DNA of 64,000 nt from Mobula hypostoma (Eukaryota): NCBI RefSeq assembly GCF_963921235.1, contig NC_086097.1, forward strand, positions 61,010,001-61,074,000, written 5' to 3'. Each line of letters starts with the position of its first letter. Position 1 is the stretch's first letter. This document shows positions 11,580 to 25,734 of this stretch, in pieces. The position numbers were made by a program, and so were the translations under genes. The notes under the pieces were generated by a model, which did no database searches, was not told the origin of the DNA, and worked only from the letters and a program-made list of their open reading frames with translations.

Positions 11580-13949
11580 TCATGGAAAATGGCAGTCGTA
11601 GTGCCTATTCTAAAACCTGTGAAACTCCTGCTGGATCCTTTTAGATGTAGGCCACCGTCAACGTCTCATTTCTGTGAACTTATGGAATGTATTGTAAAAG
11701 ATGTTTGAATTGCATTTTGGAAAAGTGAGGGGATGTAGCATTTTATCGGAGCGGATTTTGGGAAAGTAGATTGACTCTGGATTCAGTTTTATGCTTGTAA
11801 GATGATATTAGGAAAGCACAGGTAAATAAAGAAGCACTGGTAACAGTTTTTCTTGATATTGAAAAGGCATGTCATATTTTATGGAAGGGAGGACTTGATT
11901 AAATTATGGAAATTAAGAATGAGGGAAAGATTGTATAATTGTTTTCTGAGTTTTTTATTTGAACAGTATATACAGGTAAAGGAATTTATATTTATATTTG
12001 AGTTCCATGAGCTAGAGAGCAGGACCACACAAAACAGTATTTGTAGCCCATTTTTATTTAATATTATGATTAATGATATTTTCTCTATGATAGGTACTGG
12101 AGTGGGTAAATAACTTTTTACAGATGATGGAGCTTTATAGATTGGAGGTAGATATTTCAATTTTAATGTACATAGGATGCAATTACTGATTTTAAGGTTG
12201 AACAGTAGCAAAAAGATTGGGATTTAAGCTTTCAGTAGCTAAAACACACGTTTTTTACAAAGAGCATTAATGGAACTGCACTTGATTTGAAATTATATAG
12301 TCAAACTCTTGAAGAAGTGTCAGTAGTAAGATTTCTCAGCATGTGGCTGGATAATAAGCTGATACAGAAGTATCATATCAGTAAAATAATTGTTACATGT
12401 AACTGAGCATTAAACGTTCTCCGGTGTCTATGTGGGTATTCTTGGGGTGCTACACAAAAATTCGGTTGACCATTGATATCAGTTTAATTAGATCTGTACT
12501 TGATTCTGACTGTGTGGCTCATGGATCAGCTTCATATTCAAATTTAAAATGTCTGGACATGATACGAGCACAGGCTTTAAGATTGTGTTGTGCTGCAATA
12601 AGGTTGTCCCCTGTTTCAGCTTTACTGTTTGAAATGGGAGAATTACCCTTACAGGTGCAGAGGTTGAAGTTGCAGTTAATGTACTGGATTAATTTAAGGG
12701 GGTAAATAAATGCTCATCCTGTTAAAGGTGTGTTGGAGGACTGTTGGGAACATCACAAGATGAGAGTTTTCAGTTTTGGGTGGCTGGGTTCTTATCACAC
12801 TAGGAATATGGGTTTTGTTGGATTATGCAATATGTCCCACTGTAGCTTTCTTGGTAACCCTACCTTGCTATTTTTTCCATTGACTTTAGTTGATTTCAGT
12901 TTACATGATTTAATAAAGTCTAAGGACTCTGTTATGCCTGAGAGTCGTTGGGTTCATTAATATATTAAGAAAAATTATTATATGTTAACTATTTTTACAG
13001 ATAGTTTGAAAGATAATTTAAATGGGAATGTTGGTGTAGTTGTTTTTGTTTCTAAATTATAGGTAACAATAAAGCAATGTCTGACTAACCATTTATCAAT
13101 ATATACAGCAGAATTAGTGGCCAACATTTTGGGCTTACAGTGGGTGGAGGAAATTTGTCTTTGCAAATTTGCAATTTTTTCAGATTTGATTAGTCTTAAA
13201 ACAGACCACTCTAGCAGTAGGTCAGTTTTACTGTTGTAGGCTCATCAGATTTTATTTTGTCTTTGAAGTATTGGTTTAAATGTCTGTTTCTTATGGCTCC
13301 TTGCACATAGAGGAGTTGAGGGGAATGAGCTGGTTGATTGTTTAGTTTAAAAAAACTGCTAAAAGTTCAACTGTAGATATAGACCTTCCACTTGGCAAAT
13401 CAGACCTAAGGGGTTGGAAGGATTAAGAATTAGGAGATTATAGCAAACTTGTGGGATAATGGGCGTAAGGAGAGACGCCTTTACAGAATACATAAAACTG
13501 TTGGGTTTATGGGAGAAGGGGGTAAAACAAGAAGGGAAGGAATTATATTGGCTCACGTAGAATTGGACATACTATTCTTAATTATTCCTTGTATCTTGTT
13601 GGGAAACATCATTTCGGGTTTTGTAGGTTTTGTCAATATGAAAGAGTTGAACATATGAATGTGAAGCATATGAGGTTGAAATAAATAAGATATAGGCTTC
13701 ATTACAATCTTTGGCGTTGAAAGTTTTCATTTAAAAACTTTATTAAATTTAAGACTTTAATTTAATTCAGTGCTGTCTCTCACAACTTACTATCGGGCTT
13801 TTTAGGGTAATTTAGTTTTCTTTTGAAAAATAAATAGCAAGGGCTTTTCTCCCCCCAGTTCTCTACACCATATTCCAGTCCAATAGGTGGTGGTAATGCA
13901 CCTTTAAGTTGGACTGACAGCTGCCATTAAAAGTCAAAAGAAGAAGAAG
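11580..13949 (+). mobile_element. Degenerate Nimb/I-clade LINE 3' portion (RT + RNase H, (GAA)n tail)
   Basis: RT remnants VPILKP, FLDIEKA, SPFLFNIMIND and F.DDGAL. RNase H remnants IFTDS, SIYTAEL, IFSD and WL.AHRGVEGNE. The 3' end is ggtggtggtaatgcaccttt...aaaagaagaagaag. Confidence 0.75.
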
Positions 13950-16900
13950 TGAAGATGGACAGGGAATGGTAAGGTGAGGTGTATTACTTCAGACTGATGT
14001 TTTGGAACTGTAGTCCTAAAGGTCGGATGGTATATATCTGCATTTTCTCTTTTCTTGTTTTTGTTATTTTGCCTTTTTTTTACTACAAATATTTTTGCAA
14101 CTTATTCTATAAGTCTTCAACGTCTGGCACACAGTATACACCTTTGCACTGAATGTACCTTTGCAGTCTGCTGTCTGATTTTTAACGTCCACAGCTTCAT
14201 AAGGACACACGACTTTCACTAAAACTCATTGGTATGACAGTTGTTAGTTGTGGAGAGATTACAAGCCACAAGAAAATAAAGATATTCAAGAAAAGAACTG
14301 TTTTTCACTTACAGACGACAGCTCCATTTTCAGCCAAACATGATGGATCTGATGATGAGTGATGGGACACTGTGGAGTCAATAGAAGAGGAGTATGCAGC
14401 CCTGGGTGCTGAGCTGAAGGGGTGGGAGTCCCTTGCTGACCCAGAGAGACCATACCGGATGTTGGATACTACATCACTCCCGGATAGGTTCCTGACTGGG
14501 CAGCAGTAATGGGAGAAATGTCTAATCCAGGAGTTCTGGGAACTAAATATCCATCTAATGATGCCTCCCCTGTCAGAGGAATGTACATAAGGAGACATGG
14601 TACAATTCCTGCTATGGGGCAACCAGATTTCATTAAAGGTCTGCAGAAAGCTCCAGCCCAAGACTGCCCTTTCGAGCTCCTAGGCACTCTCTGCATCCAG
14701 GTGAAGGAGGTGATATGTAGGAGGCCACTGTGAGACCCAGAGACCTCACTTACAGAAGAACAGCACTAAAAATGCTTGCCTTCCAAGATGGAGAGGCTAT
14801 TGAAAACTATTTGATGTGCTTTGAACACTGGTCTAGGACTGGCGCATGGCCAGAGGAAGACTGGGCCTGGGCCACTACTGTTGGGAAAAGTGCTCGACAC
14901 CTACTCTGCAATGGATGAGGAGGCATCCTACCAATATTCTCACCTGAGGAGTCTCTCCTTACCAAGTTTGACATCTCTTCAGAGCTCTACCGGTTGGTGA
15001 TCCGAGCCTGATCTACACTACCAGGGGAGTCACCAATGGAAAGCTACCACCGCCTGAAGGGGTTATATCACTGCTGGGTGAAGCTGGAGTTCTTGACCAA
15101 GGAAGACATTGGAGAGGTCATCGTACTAGAGCAGCTGCTGCAAGTCCTGTGAGGAGATATCCATACATGGGTACAGGAACATGAATATACAAATGGATTA
15201 GCTGCAGCCCAGCTGGCTCTCAACAGTACCTGAATGCCTGGCGAAGGGTGGTCCAACCAGTTTCGATCCAGCCACAGGAGCAGAGGACTGCTGCTGTGAG
15301 TAAAGGTTTTCCAGGACTTATGAAAGTTATACAGACAAGACAGTGGAAAGACCAAGCCTTTAATTTGCTGCTTCTGTCAAAAGCCAGACCACAAAGTTTC
15401 TTGTTGTCCCCTTAAGAACCCGAAACTGTCAAACTGTTTGGTTCCCTGAGATGGTGAAGAAACAGAGCTGGAAACCTATGGACATTCTAAAGGGGAGGGA
15501 GAGTATAGGAAGGAAAACGAACTTTCTGTGGAAGTAAATGGACAAACTGTTCAGGCATTATTGGACACTGGGAGTGTGGTGACCCTGACTAAGAGACAGT
15601 TTATTTCTCTGCTGATGTTAACTATTCTAAATGTGTGCATGAGGATGTTAAGTTATATCTTTCCACAGATCTTACCCTTGGCATTGACAATCAGGTCTTC
15701 CTTTTGCAGGTGGGAGTGATCAGCACCTTGTCAAAAGATATGGTCATTAGGCAGGAATTGTCTGGCTTATTTGACTTACAGCAAAAAGCTGAATCTGGTC
15801 GCACTGTTAAGCCTTCATGCCCTTGGCTTGAACCTTTACTGGTCTGCTCCGAAAACTATACCTCTCCCTATAACCCCTATTAGATACTGCAAGGGGAGAA
15901 GACAGTAAGGAATTATGCCTGCGAACAGATGAGCATGTAATTGACAACAACATTATCTGTCTCACTCCCCTGAAAACAGTCTAGCGGTTCCAATGATGTG
16001 CTGACCTCTCATGCTGACCCAGCACATACCCTCCCTTGGGCATGCCATCTGGGTCAACAGAAGATCTACTTGAGAACTGGGTGATGGTTCTAATTGCTGA
16101 CCATGTATCCAAATGTTCAGGAGTACTGACCCACCTGCCTAGAGTGTCAGAAGGCAAGTCCAGTCTTGAAGTTTGATGGACCCTCTCTTCAGTCGAAACC
16201 CATCATCACAACACCATTTAAACACATCGCCAAGGACATTGTGGGTTCCCTTGAGAAGAGCAGTAGTGGACTCAATTACATTCTTGTGGTCTGTGATTAT
16301 GCCACCAGATTTCCTGAGGCATTTTCCCTGTGCTCCTTAACTACTCCTAAGATAATCTCTGCCATCATCCAGTTATTTTCCAGAATTGGCTTTGCAGAAA
16401 GATTCTTACGGACCAAGGCACGACCATCACTGGTGTCCCAGCAACACCAACAGCTTGGCATCAGTGGCATTCGCACCAGTCCCTACCATCCCCAGACTGA
16501 TAGTCTTGTAGAAAGGTTTAATCAAACCCTAAAGTCTACGTTGAGAAGTTTATTTCTAACACTGGGAGGGACTGGGACAAATAGCTGCCATTTCTCCTTT
16601 TTCCTTACCAGGAGGCTCCTCAAGCCTCCATCTGGTTTTCAGTTTTCACACTTCTCTATGGGTGGACTGTCCAAGATCCTTTGGATCTGCTCTGCAACAA
16701 CTAGGAGACGAGCCAAAATAAAGCAGGAGAAAACAATGTTTCCTTCATTCTACAGATGTGGGATCATCTTGACCAGTATCATGAGGAAGCCTACCAGAAT
16801 ATGGTAAATGCACTGAAAAAGCCAACTCTGGTATGATACCAAAGCCTGACAAATGGAGTTACAGTCGGAACAAAAGGTCCTACTTCTTTCAGCTACCTCC

Positions 16901-19508
16901 AGCAACAAGTTGCTGGCCAAATGGCAAGATCTTATGAGGTTTTAAGGATGATAGGTCATGTGACCTATGAAGAGTCCCATCCAAAGAAGGGCAAAGGGTC
17001 CCAGGTCTAGCATGTTAAACTCCTGAAGGAATGGAAAGAGAGAGGAGGCTAAGATGTCCCTGATGATCCAAAGGTTGGAAGGGGAGGAGGATGATAATCA
17101 AGATTTCCAACCATGGGAAACCTTTACTGAATCTCGTCTTGACCACCTTGAACTTCACCAAAAGACAGTCCTAAAAGGTCTCTTCTTCCACATCCCACCT
17201 TATTTAAACTACAATATGGGTATACCCACTTGATCAAACACACCATCCATATAAAAGATGCCCAACCCATTCCTCAGAGGCAGACATACAGAACATATTG
17301 ACACTGGGTATTATCACACCATCATACAGTGAATGGTGCAGTCCAGTAGTTAATGTGCTTAAACCTGATGATTCCCCGAGAGTCTGTATTGACTTTAGAA
17401 AGATCAATACCATCTCCAAGATTAATGCTTATCTTATGCCACAATATATGGCGATAGATGAGCGAGTGGAGAGGTTGGGACATGCTCAGTATATCACCAC
17501 ACTGGATTTATGTAAAGGTGACTGACAAATTCTGCTGAATGAAATGTCCAAAGAGTACACTGCTTTCCAGACCCAATTTGGCCTTTTCCATTTCATGGTC
17601 ACACCATTTAGCCTGCATAGAGCTCCGGCGACATTTCAGTGCCTCATGGTCTGGGTATTGATTGGGTGAGAAGAGTTCAGCGAATACATGGTGATTTTCA
17701 GCACAAGTTGAAAAAAAACATCTCCAGCATGTCAACTAGGTCCTGGGTCAACTAGCCTCAGCAGGTCTTGTGCTCAACCTATGAAAATGCCAGTGGGCAA
17801 AGACAGAGACCTGTTACTTGTGCTATTAACTTGGGGATAATGGGGCTGATACACCCCCAAATAGACAAGGTACAAGCAACTGAGAATAGCCCCTGCCATC
17901 ACACAAAGAAGTCAGGTCTCTTCTTGGACTCGTTGGATGTTATCAACGTTTCATTCCACAGTTTACTGAAGTGGCAACTCTTCTGACTATTTTGACCTTA
18001 AAGTCTGCAAAGGATTCTGTAAATTGGAGAGCGGAGTGTGAACATACTTTTGTAAGTTGCAAGAGGGCCCTCTGTGAAGAATCAGTACTCATTAATCCTA
18101 ATTTCAAAAAGCCCTTCCTGATGCAAGTGTAGGGAGAGGTGCTATCTTGACCAAGGAGAAGGGAGCAATAAGCGGCCTGTTTTATACCTGTGTAGGAAAC
18201 TGCTACCCTGTGAAACTTGACATTTGACTGTTGAGAAAGAGGCTGTGGCTATCAAATGGGCCCTGGACAGTCTACACTATTACCTCCTTGGCTGGGAGCT
18301 CATTTTGGAGACAGACCACCATGCCTTGACTTGGATCCACACCATGGAGGATCAAATTGCTTATATTATTTAACCCTACAACACATCCATCACAGAGCAG
18401 GCGGATGGAATACCACTTTGGATTTTCTCTCCCATTTACCCAGCTAAATGAGAAGAGAGGGGAGGATAATGTGACAGAGTGGGTCTGCCACAGCTAATTT
18501 CTTTCTGCTCACCACACCTACCCCCGCACAGTCGCCCCATAATTCTCAATATCCCTCTCTGGTAGTGCTGATGCTATGCTCATCAGTTGCACACTCCAGG
18601 ACAGCGGTATTCTTTGATGTGTCCTGTTTGTTGTTGCTTCCAGTTTTAGGGACTGGACACGACTGATAGGTGGGATGTTGTAAAAAAAGAGGTCCCTGTT
18701 TGTGGTGGCACATGCTATGTGCTGGCTCAGTGGAAGACCTCATTTTGGGGAGATGGGATGAGTGCAGGCTCCTGGAAAATTATTAGTGGTTGGTTAATTT
18801 TGTTGTGCAATGTCATTGTGATGAATGTATTTGTATTTGTGAAGAAGGATGTGAAATCCTATGTTTTCTTTTTTGTGTAATTGTTGAAGCTCATGGTAAC
18901 AACTTCCCCTGCATTCCAAAGAATGGACTATTCCCTTTTCTCTTCGAGTAATGAGATCCTTACTTGAAGGCTCTGATGCACCATCAATAACTCCAAAAGA
19001 CTGGAAGTAGAGTAAATACTGAAAGGCTTTTATTAGCAGTAAAATGTGACCTCCACCATGCTGAGTATCTGCTCCTGGACTGAGAGGAGGAGTAATGGCA
19101 CAATTGCCTTTATTCAGGGGTCTGTGGGAGGAGCCACAGGGGCAGTCAGCAGAAGGGCGGCTCCAGACAGGCAACTCAGTTACAACATATATATATATAT
19201 GGTTTACCACAGGCTTATTTTGGCGTACGTGAAAAGGGAGAGAGGGTGAGGTCTATTCGTTCAGACTAATGTTTTGGAGCTGTAGTCCTAAAGGTGTGAT
19301 GGTGTACATCTGCATTTTCTCTACTGTCATTTTTGTTATTTTGCCATTTTTTTCACTGTAAATATTTTTGCTCTTTTTCTGAAAGTTTTGCACCTCTGAC
19401 CCACAAACACCTTAGCACTACAAGTACTATTGCAGCCTGCCATCTGATGTTTAAAGGACACACCTTCATAAGGGCATGTGACTTCCACCAAAAACCAAGG
19501 GTGGGACG
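13950..19508 (+). mobile_element. Ancient degenerate Gmr1-type Gypsy LTR retrotransposon (gag-PR-IN-RT-RH)
   Basis: SCAN-like EQLLQVL.GDIHTWVQEH (~15130), CCHC remnant (~15365) and protease ALLDTGS (~15555). Integrase DIVG..SPYHPQTDSLVERFNQTLK (16230-16540) precedes RT WCSPVV..KPD..CIDFRKIN and LDLCKG (17330-17520). A PPT is followed by TGTGACA at 18470, and 13950-14239 resembles 19225-19508 (LTR pair). Confidence 0.85.
18974..19211 (-). mobile_element. 238-bp Gypsy-type solo LTR nested in the 3' LTR of the ancient element
   Basis: The minus strand reads TGTGGTAAACC...aataaa...GATGGTGCATCA, with a 5-bp TSD ggctc/ggctt. Confidence 0.75.
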
Positions 19509-22058
19509 TTAGGCTAAAGCAGTTTTGAAATTTGCTGATTATATTTATCAATTTCCCAACTGGTCATATTGACACAGATTTGCCAATAACTTTGTTCTTT
19601 TTCTGGGTGTCCATAGAAAACAGTTTTTACTTGTCAACATTCAAGTTTTGTCATGTATCTTTTTGACCCCCCCCCAAAAGATCTTGTTTATAAGTGTTTT
19701 TTTCTTGATGAACATCTGCTCTTTAGTGTCTCCCTTCTTTAAACTTTTCCCAGCAAATCATTTAATGCAGTTTAGTAAACTTGGTCCTTCAGCGTAACAT
19801 GGACCAGGATCAGTTTTATCTAGTTTTGAATAAATGAGTTTCATGCTTTGTATCGTTAGATTGTTTTGCAATTGAGTTACTGGGGAAAAATGTCTCCATG
19901 TTTAATATCGAAACAAAAATATACTGCTGTTATCAGGGCAAATAGTATTAATTGGAAAAATCACCCATAATGAATACATCAAGATGAAATGGAAGCAAGA
20001 AAGCTGTTGGAAATATTTAGCAGGTGACAGAAAGAGAAATAGCAAGATAAAATACCAGGTATAGGAACCATGCATCTGATCTCTATTTGCTTTGTAGTCT
20101 GTGCTGTGTGTTTATTATGGTAACTAGTCACATGGGTGGGAGCGTGGTAGAAGCAAAAGGATCAAATTGCATATTCATGCTTATTTCTTGGCAGTTTATA
20201 ACTTGGGACTGCAGAGGTCATGATTTTGCTGACCACTGAGATAATTCTCAGTAATGCTTAATTATATGTTTCCTAATTGCTAATAAAGGATCAGAATAAG
20301 GAATTCAACTCTTTGATGCAATTATTGGGGCTGTGCCTGTGTCACACAAGTATAACAACTCCGTGGAGTTGCAGACAGGCTGTCGGCAATTGCTCTGTTT
20401 TGATCTTGGATCAATTTTTTACTGCCACATCAGGTTACTTTTCATTAGATTTACAATGCCTATAATGTTTTACTATTACAACAATTATAATAGAGGTGGC
20501 GGCTGTCATTCAAGAGGATGACCATGATTAAAAGTAGCAGTGTCACTGTAACAAAAATTCTATAATTAATAGATGGACAGAGGGATTCTGATCATTCTGA
20601 GGCTCAAATCACAAGTGGTGTAACACAACAGACTGGGAGGAAAAAAATAATTGAAAAGGAATCATTCATGAAATAACAAATGACAGATGAAATCAAAATC
20701 GATTTTTTAGAAGAGATGTTTTGAAGTTCAGGTTTTGAATGAAATATTGGACTTTGAAGTAGTGTGAGCATATTGAAGAGGAAAAATAGTTTGAAGTAGT
20801 AGGCTTCAGGGTAAAACTGCAAGTAAATATCTAAGGGATGAAGAGGAAATAAGTTATGAAATAAATTAAAGAAAAAAGTGAAAGTAAAAGATGAAAATGA
20901 ATCAGTTTGTGAAAGTTGTGCACCATCAGAAAACATCACAGAATCGAAGCATTGATTAAAATGAAAAAGCCACAATTCAACAACTGCAGGCTGTTCGGAA
21001 TGGGGGGACCAATTATACTACTGCAAATTATATTCAGGAAAGATAAAAAGTTTCAGAAAAGAAACAAAGAAACTTTGTAGAAGCCTGTTTCAGGACAAAG
21101 GGTCATCCCAATTTTTCTCTACCTACTGCTGCTGCCTGACCTGTTGAGTATTCCTAGCATTTTTGTTATATTTCAGATTTCCAACTTCAACACTTCCTTT
21201 CATTTTCAGTTTCAGGAAACCTGGTGGGTATAGAGTTATTATCCACAACAACTGGATGTAATTTGCATATTGAGACTGGGACCCATTTTGCAATGAATCC
21301 ACATAAAGTTTGTCCATCTCGAAGTAGGCGATTTTAAGGCCTAGATTTTCTAAGGAAAAATAAAACAATGCACTGATTTATGCTGCTTATTTCTCAGTAC
21401 AGCATAAACCAAACCAACATGAACAGTCACAGTGTTAATTACACCACATTCAATTTCCTGGTGTCTGTTGTACTAATTTATAGAACAACCACACTTGCAG
21501 TTAGCTCCAGTCTAGACAGGTTCCTTTTCTAATTAAGATTTTCTACTAATTCTGATTACTTGGGGGCATTTAAAGAGACGATTACTTATATGTACAAGAA
21601 CTCTTAAAGGCTCAAAGCTGTGGCCTAGAAATTGGATTTTACCCAATCTTGGTTCTAACATTAGAAGAGTTCTCTGTGAACAAACTAGGAAATTGGTCAA
21701 AATGATATTTTAAGCAGTGTTAAGATAATTAAAACTCCGGTGCTACGTTATGTTATTCAGTTAACAATTGCAACAACTCCTCAGAACCAAAGACCCAGCT
21801 TCAGCACTCCAATAAGATTAGCATTTATGCACATTCAGTGGCTGAAATTCAAGCCAAGGACAACTTGTTCACTGAATTATATGAAAGATGGACCTTACTT
21901 GTCTGCAACTGTTTCCACAGAAGAATATTGGCTACCTTCAATAAAAGTTTTGGAAGGGAGATACTAAAGAGCAGATGTTCATCAAGAAATAGTCATGGGG
22001 AAACTCTGGAAAATGTTGACCATTTCCCATCTCACAGGGACTACCCTCTCAGCAAAGG

Positions 22059-23003
22059 CAGTCACGTGAGTATCTTGTGAAAAATGATGTAATTGTCTTA
22101 TGCTATATTGGCTATATTTAAGAGGGAGATAGATATGGCCCTTGTGGCTAAAGGGATCAGGGGGTATGGAGAGAAGGCAGGTACAGGGTTCTGAGTTGGA
22201 TGATCAGCCATGATCATACTGAATGGTGGTGCAGGCTCGAAGGGCCGAATGGCCTACTCCTGCACCTGTTTTCTATGTTTCTATGCTATTGGAATGATGT
22301 AATGTTCTCGTGCCATTGGAATGATGTAATTGTCTTGTGATAGCAGGGTGATGTGATATCACATGATGGCATGTTCTAACTGGCATATAAGGGGAGACAG
22401 CAGTTGTTGCGTAGTTTATTTTGGTGGGAACACTGTTAGTAGTTACGCCATCGGAGAAGAAGAGAGAGTGAGAGTGAAGAATCCAAACGAACCCCAGAGG
22501 GATTTGGTTAACTAGCGACATTCGGCGCATTGTGGGTGTGACTGGCATTTGGAGCCGTCCGTATGTGGCACGCACGTTTTGCTAACCCTTACACGGTTTG
22601 GGTATTCTGTGATGACCACTTCCAGCAGAAAGGTCAGTTACTTTGAGAACTAGTATTCTGCGTCATAACTTCGGAAAAGGTACTTCTCGGCTGGAATCGG
22701 GGTCAGCAGTTTCGACTTTTCTTCATCGCAAGGTTCGGGAAGTCTCTCCTCTCAGTTATTTTATAAATCATATGGACTTATTAAACTACCACCTTAAGAT
22801 TGTGCTTAAATGGGATCTGTTGAAAATGGTCTTTAAGTTCGACCGTTTGATAACTATAGAAGCATAACGCTGTTAACATCCGTTTAAGTTAATCGTTCTT
22901 TTACTGTTCCATTTTTAAAATTTGAGTAGAGGTTAATAAATGTCATCGTTTATTTTATAAAAACTCGACTCAAATTTATCTCTATTGCTGGTGATTCATA
23001 ACT
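22059..23003 (+). mobile_element. Diverged solo LTR related to the 32101/37869/41031 LTR family
   Basis: Shares gagtatcttgtga, the repeated tgatgtaat motifs, a TATA-like catataa (~22384), aagtctctcct and the aataaatg...ataaaaactcgactc...attgctgg end layout. Confidence 0.7.
22107..22285 (+). mobile_element. Young, 5'-truncated CR1 3' end inserted in the solo LTR
   Basis: ggctcgaagggccgaatggcctactcctgcacc...ttctatgtttctatg, flanked by duplicated tatgctat. Confidence 0.85.
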
Positions 23004-25734
23004 ATATATACATAGTCCAAGTCCCTCAGTCCATGAATGTTGCAGCAGTCCGCAGTCAAACACAATATGCCTTGTGTTTTGCTGAATGAACACTGGGGGC
23101 AGCACCAGCTCCAGCATGGATACCGCACCATGCTGTCACCACACTCTGGAGGAATGCACCAGCCCCCTGATACCTCCGGCTGTCCTGGGCGGCTATAAAC
23201 AGGTGACACTGTGGCTTGAGGCCTAGTCCTTACTACAGCTGAGGCCATGCAGCTCCCCTGGTGTCAATCAATAAACCAATGAATCGGACTTCAGCATCTC
23301 ATATTAGGTATGTCCAACAGGGTCTTGCAATGACAAGGAAAGCAACTAAGATGATCACTCACTGTTAGACTACACACCACCTTTTTGGATTGACTCTTCC
23401 AATGCCTCTCTGAAAAAGGCAGCAGTGCGATCTGCACCAAGTCCAGCTCTTTCAGTTTTTTACGTCACTGAGCAAATCACAGAAGGGGCAGACCTTCAGT
23501 ACTTTAATTTCTCAATTGCCAGCTGAGTCTTGCAAACTTAAAAAAAATACATTTTAAAAAGACAATAACATCTTTGGTTAGTACAATGGAAGCCATTGTG
23601 TTTGAAAGTGCTACAATCAATATTGAATAAAACCGTTAAAGCAGTATGTGTGAAAAGTGGAAACAGAGCTAAACTTTCAGGTTAAAGATCTTTCATTAGA
23701 TCATGATGAAAGTTACTATTGCCATAAATATTTCAGCACAATGTCTGGTAAGTTGAAAGAAAAGTGATTGCAGATCAGGATCTCAGACCTGGTACAAAAC
23801 TCATGCATTTTGGGCAGCTGTGATTCCTTATCTGCTCTGAGATCTGGGCTCTCAACTACTTACAAACAGAGAACTCAAACCTCTAGAAAGTTCCCACCAA
23901 TGTCAGTGTCCTCACCCAATCCAATATGCCCAGGACTGTGGCCCTAATCATGTTCACTCAACACAGGCGGGGGGTGGGTGTTGGGGGTGAACAGATTATG
24001 TCATTGACATGATCGATGCCAGACTCTGAGAAATGGCACCATAATTTGAGTTTCACAAGAGAGATAAATGGGCAGGCAGGGAAAAGCTTCAAGGATATTC
24101 TCAAAGATGCATCATCCATACAGACTCTTCCTGCTGGCTATGATCATTAAAATGGAGAAGGAGCAATGGGATGTATTATGAGCCTCAGGCTAATGCTTCA
24201 AGAACACGTAAGTGCCCTACCCAAGTCATGTAAGGAGGATACTACCTTAAAAATAACACATCACCTGCTGCCCCATCAGAGGAAGATGCCATGATTTCCA
24301 TATCAACTTCATCTGCCATCTCAGAATTTATAAAAATGAATTGGAAACCAGTCATCCTTGATAACTTTGGTATCTAAGACTACCTGAAAGATGATAACCC
24401 TTGGTTGCAATGCTTCAGTACAATACACACTGTGGCTATCATTCATGGAAGGACTCTCGTGAAAGGTAAGGACATATAAGAGAGGTCAGATGGTGAGTTG
24501 TTTAATGTCAGCTATTCTGCTGGAGTCTTGTTCCTCCTTCTCTCAGATTATTTGTTTGTTCAGCGTTGCCCTGCAGAGTAAAGTGTATGTTTTACATTGG
24601 ACATATTTGTCTCAGCAAGGTGCCACTCATCGAAAAACATGATAGTCGTTAATCAAGAATTTCACAAAACATGAGTAAGGAATCTTTTATTGAAGTGTTA
24701 TGCTCAGCAGGTGAACCTGCACAGCAGGAACTGCATATTTCTATGCATAGTATATTGATATCTGTGATATCATGGGTTACTTGTTGAGAACTAGTCGTTG
24801 AGAAATTGGATTTCACACTTGCCCTGATGCACAGAACCTCCTGCTGTGTACTCTGCTGATGGTCAGTAGGATTCCCTGCAAGAATAGAATGTGGAAAGGG
24901 GCCCAAAAACATTTGAAATGGTGACTTACACCCAGAATCATATGCTGAATGGAGATCTGTGTGGCTCTGCAAGGCAGCAGGTTCAGATGAACACAGCTTT
25001 TGAAATTTTGATGCAGACTCACCTGAGAAGGGCAACAGCACTTAAAAGCACATTCCTCATGGCACCTGGACAGCAGCAATTCATGTTATGGCTATCATGG
25101 AGTGGAAAGGTGCAGCAGAAAGGAGGATGAGAGGTGAAAGTCGTAATATCATAGTGCAATGTGGAGTCCATCATTAGCAAGTGCACTGTAAGTAAACATT
25201 GATTAAAAATTGACCAAAATTTATATCCCAGCAGGTTCCGAGGAAGGAGGAAACTCTGTAATAAACTTTTCAATCAGGGTGTGATCTAAAAGAAATGCCA
25301 GTGGAGTTGTTCCTACCAAGTCCAAATGAACACATTTGGAATTTATCTGTCTGTGTTCTTCTCTGAACTCTTATGTCCTCTGGCCAACAAGGTCAACACA
25401 TAACAACAATGGTCCACCTAAAGTCCAGCTTTGTCCACTGCAATACTTGAAACATAAGAAGGAACACTAGAATAAAACGTGTCTGCCAACATGTCAGTTT
25501 GCTGATTAACACCGATCTGCCCCCACTGAGATATTTTTGTTATACTATGAGAATATCAAACAGAATGGCATGGATATACAATCAGGCTGAAAATCATTCA
25601 AAGGAGATGGGTCAGGATTCATCAATCAAAATATCATTGGAGTGTTATTTGTATCATAAATAGGAAGGCTTCAAAAAACAGATAGAGGGAAACTGGCAAC
25701 TCCCATGATCTGCAACTGAGAAAGGACTTAGACC

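Noticed and set aside
21830..22058. ETLENVDHFP.. RTE-like peptide remnant
   Set aside because: Too short and decayed to delimit as a feature.
23900..25150. Slightly GC-richer stretch with short ORFs (possible ancient DNA transposon relic)
   Set aside because: No motifs, TIRs or TSD that I could identify.
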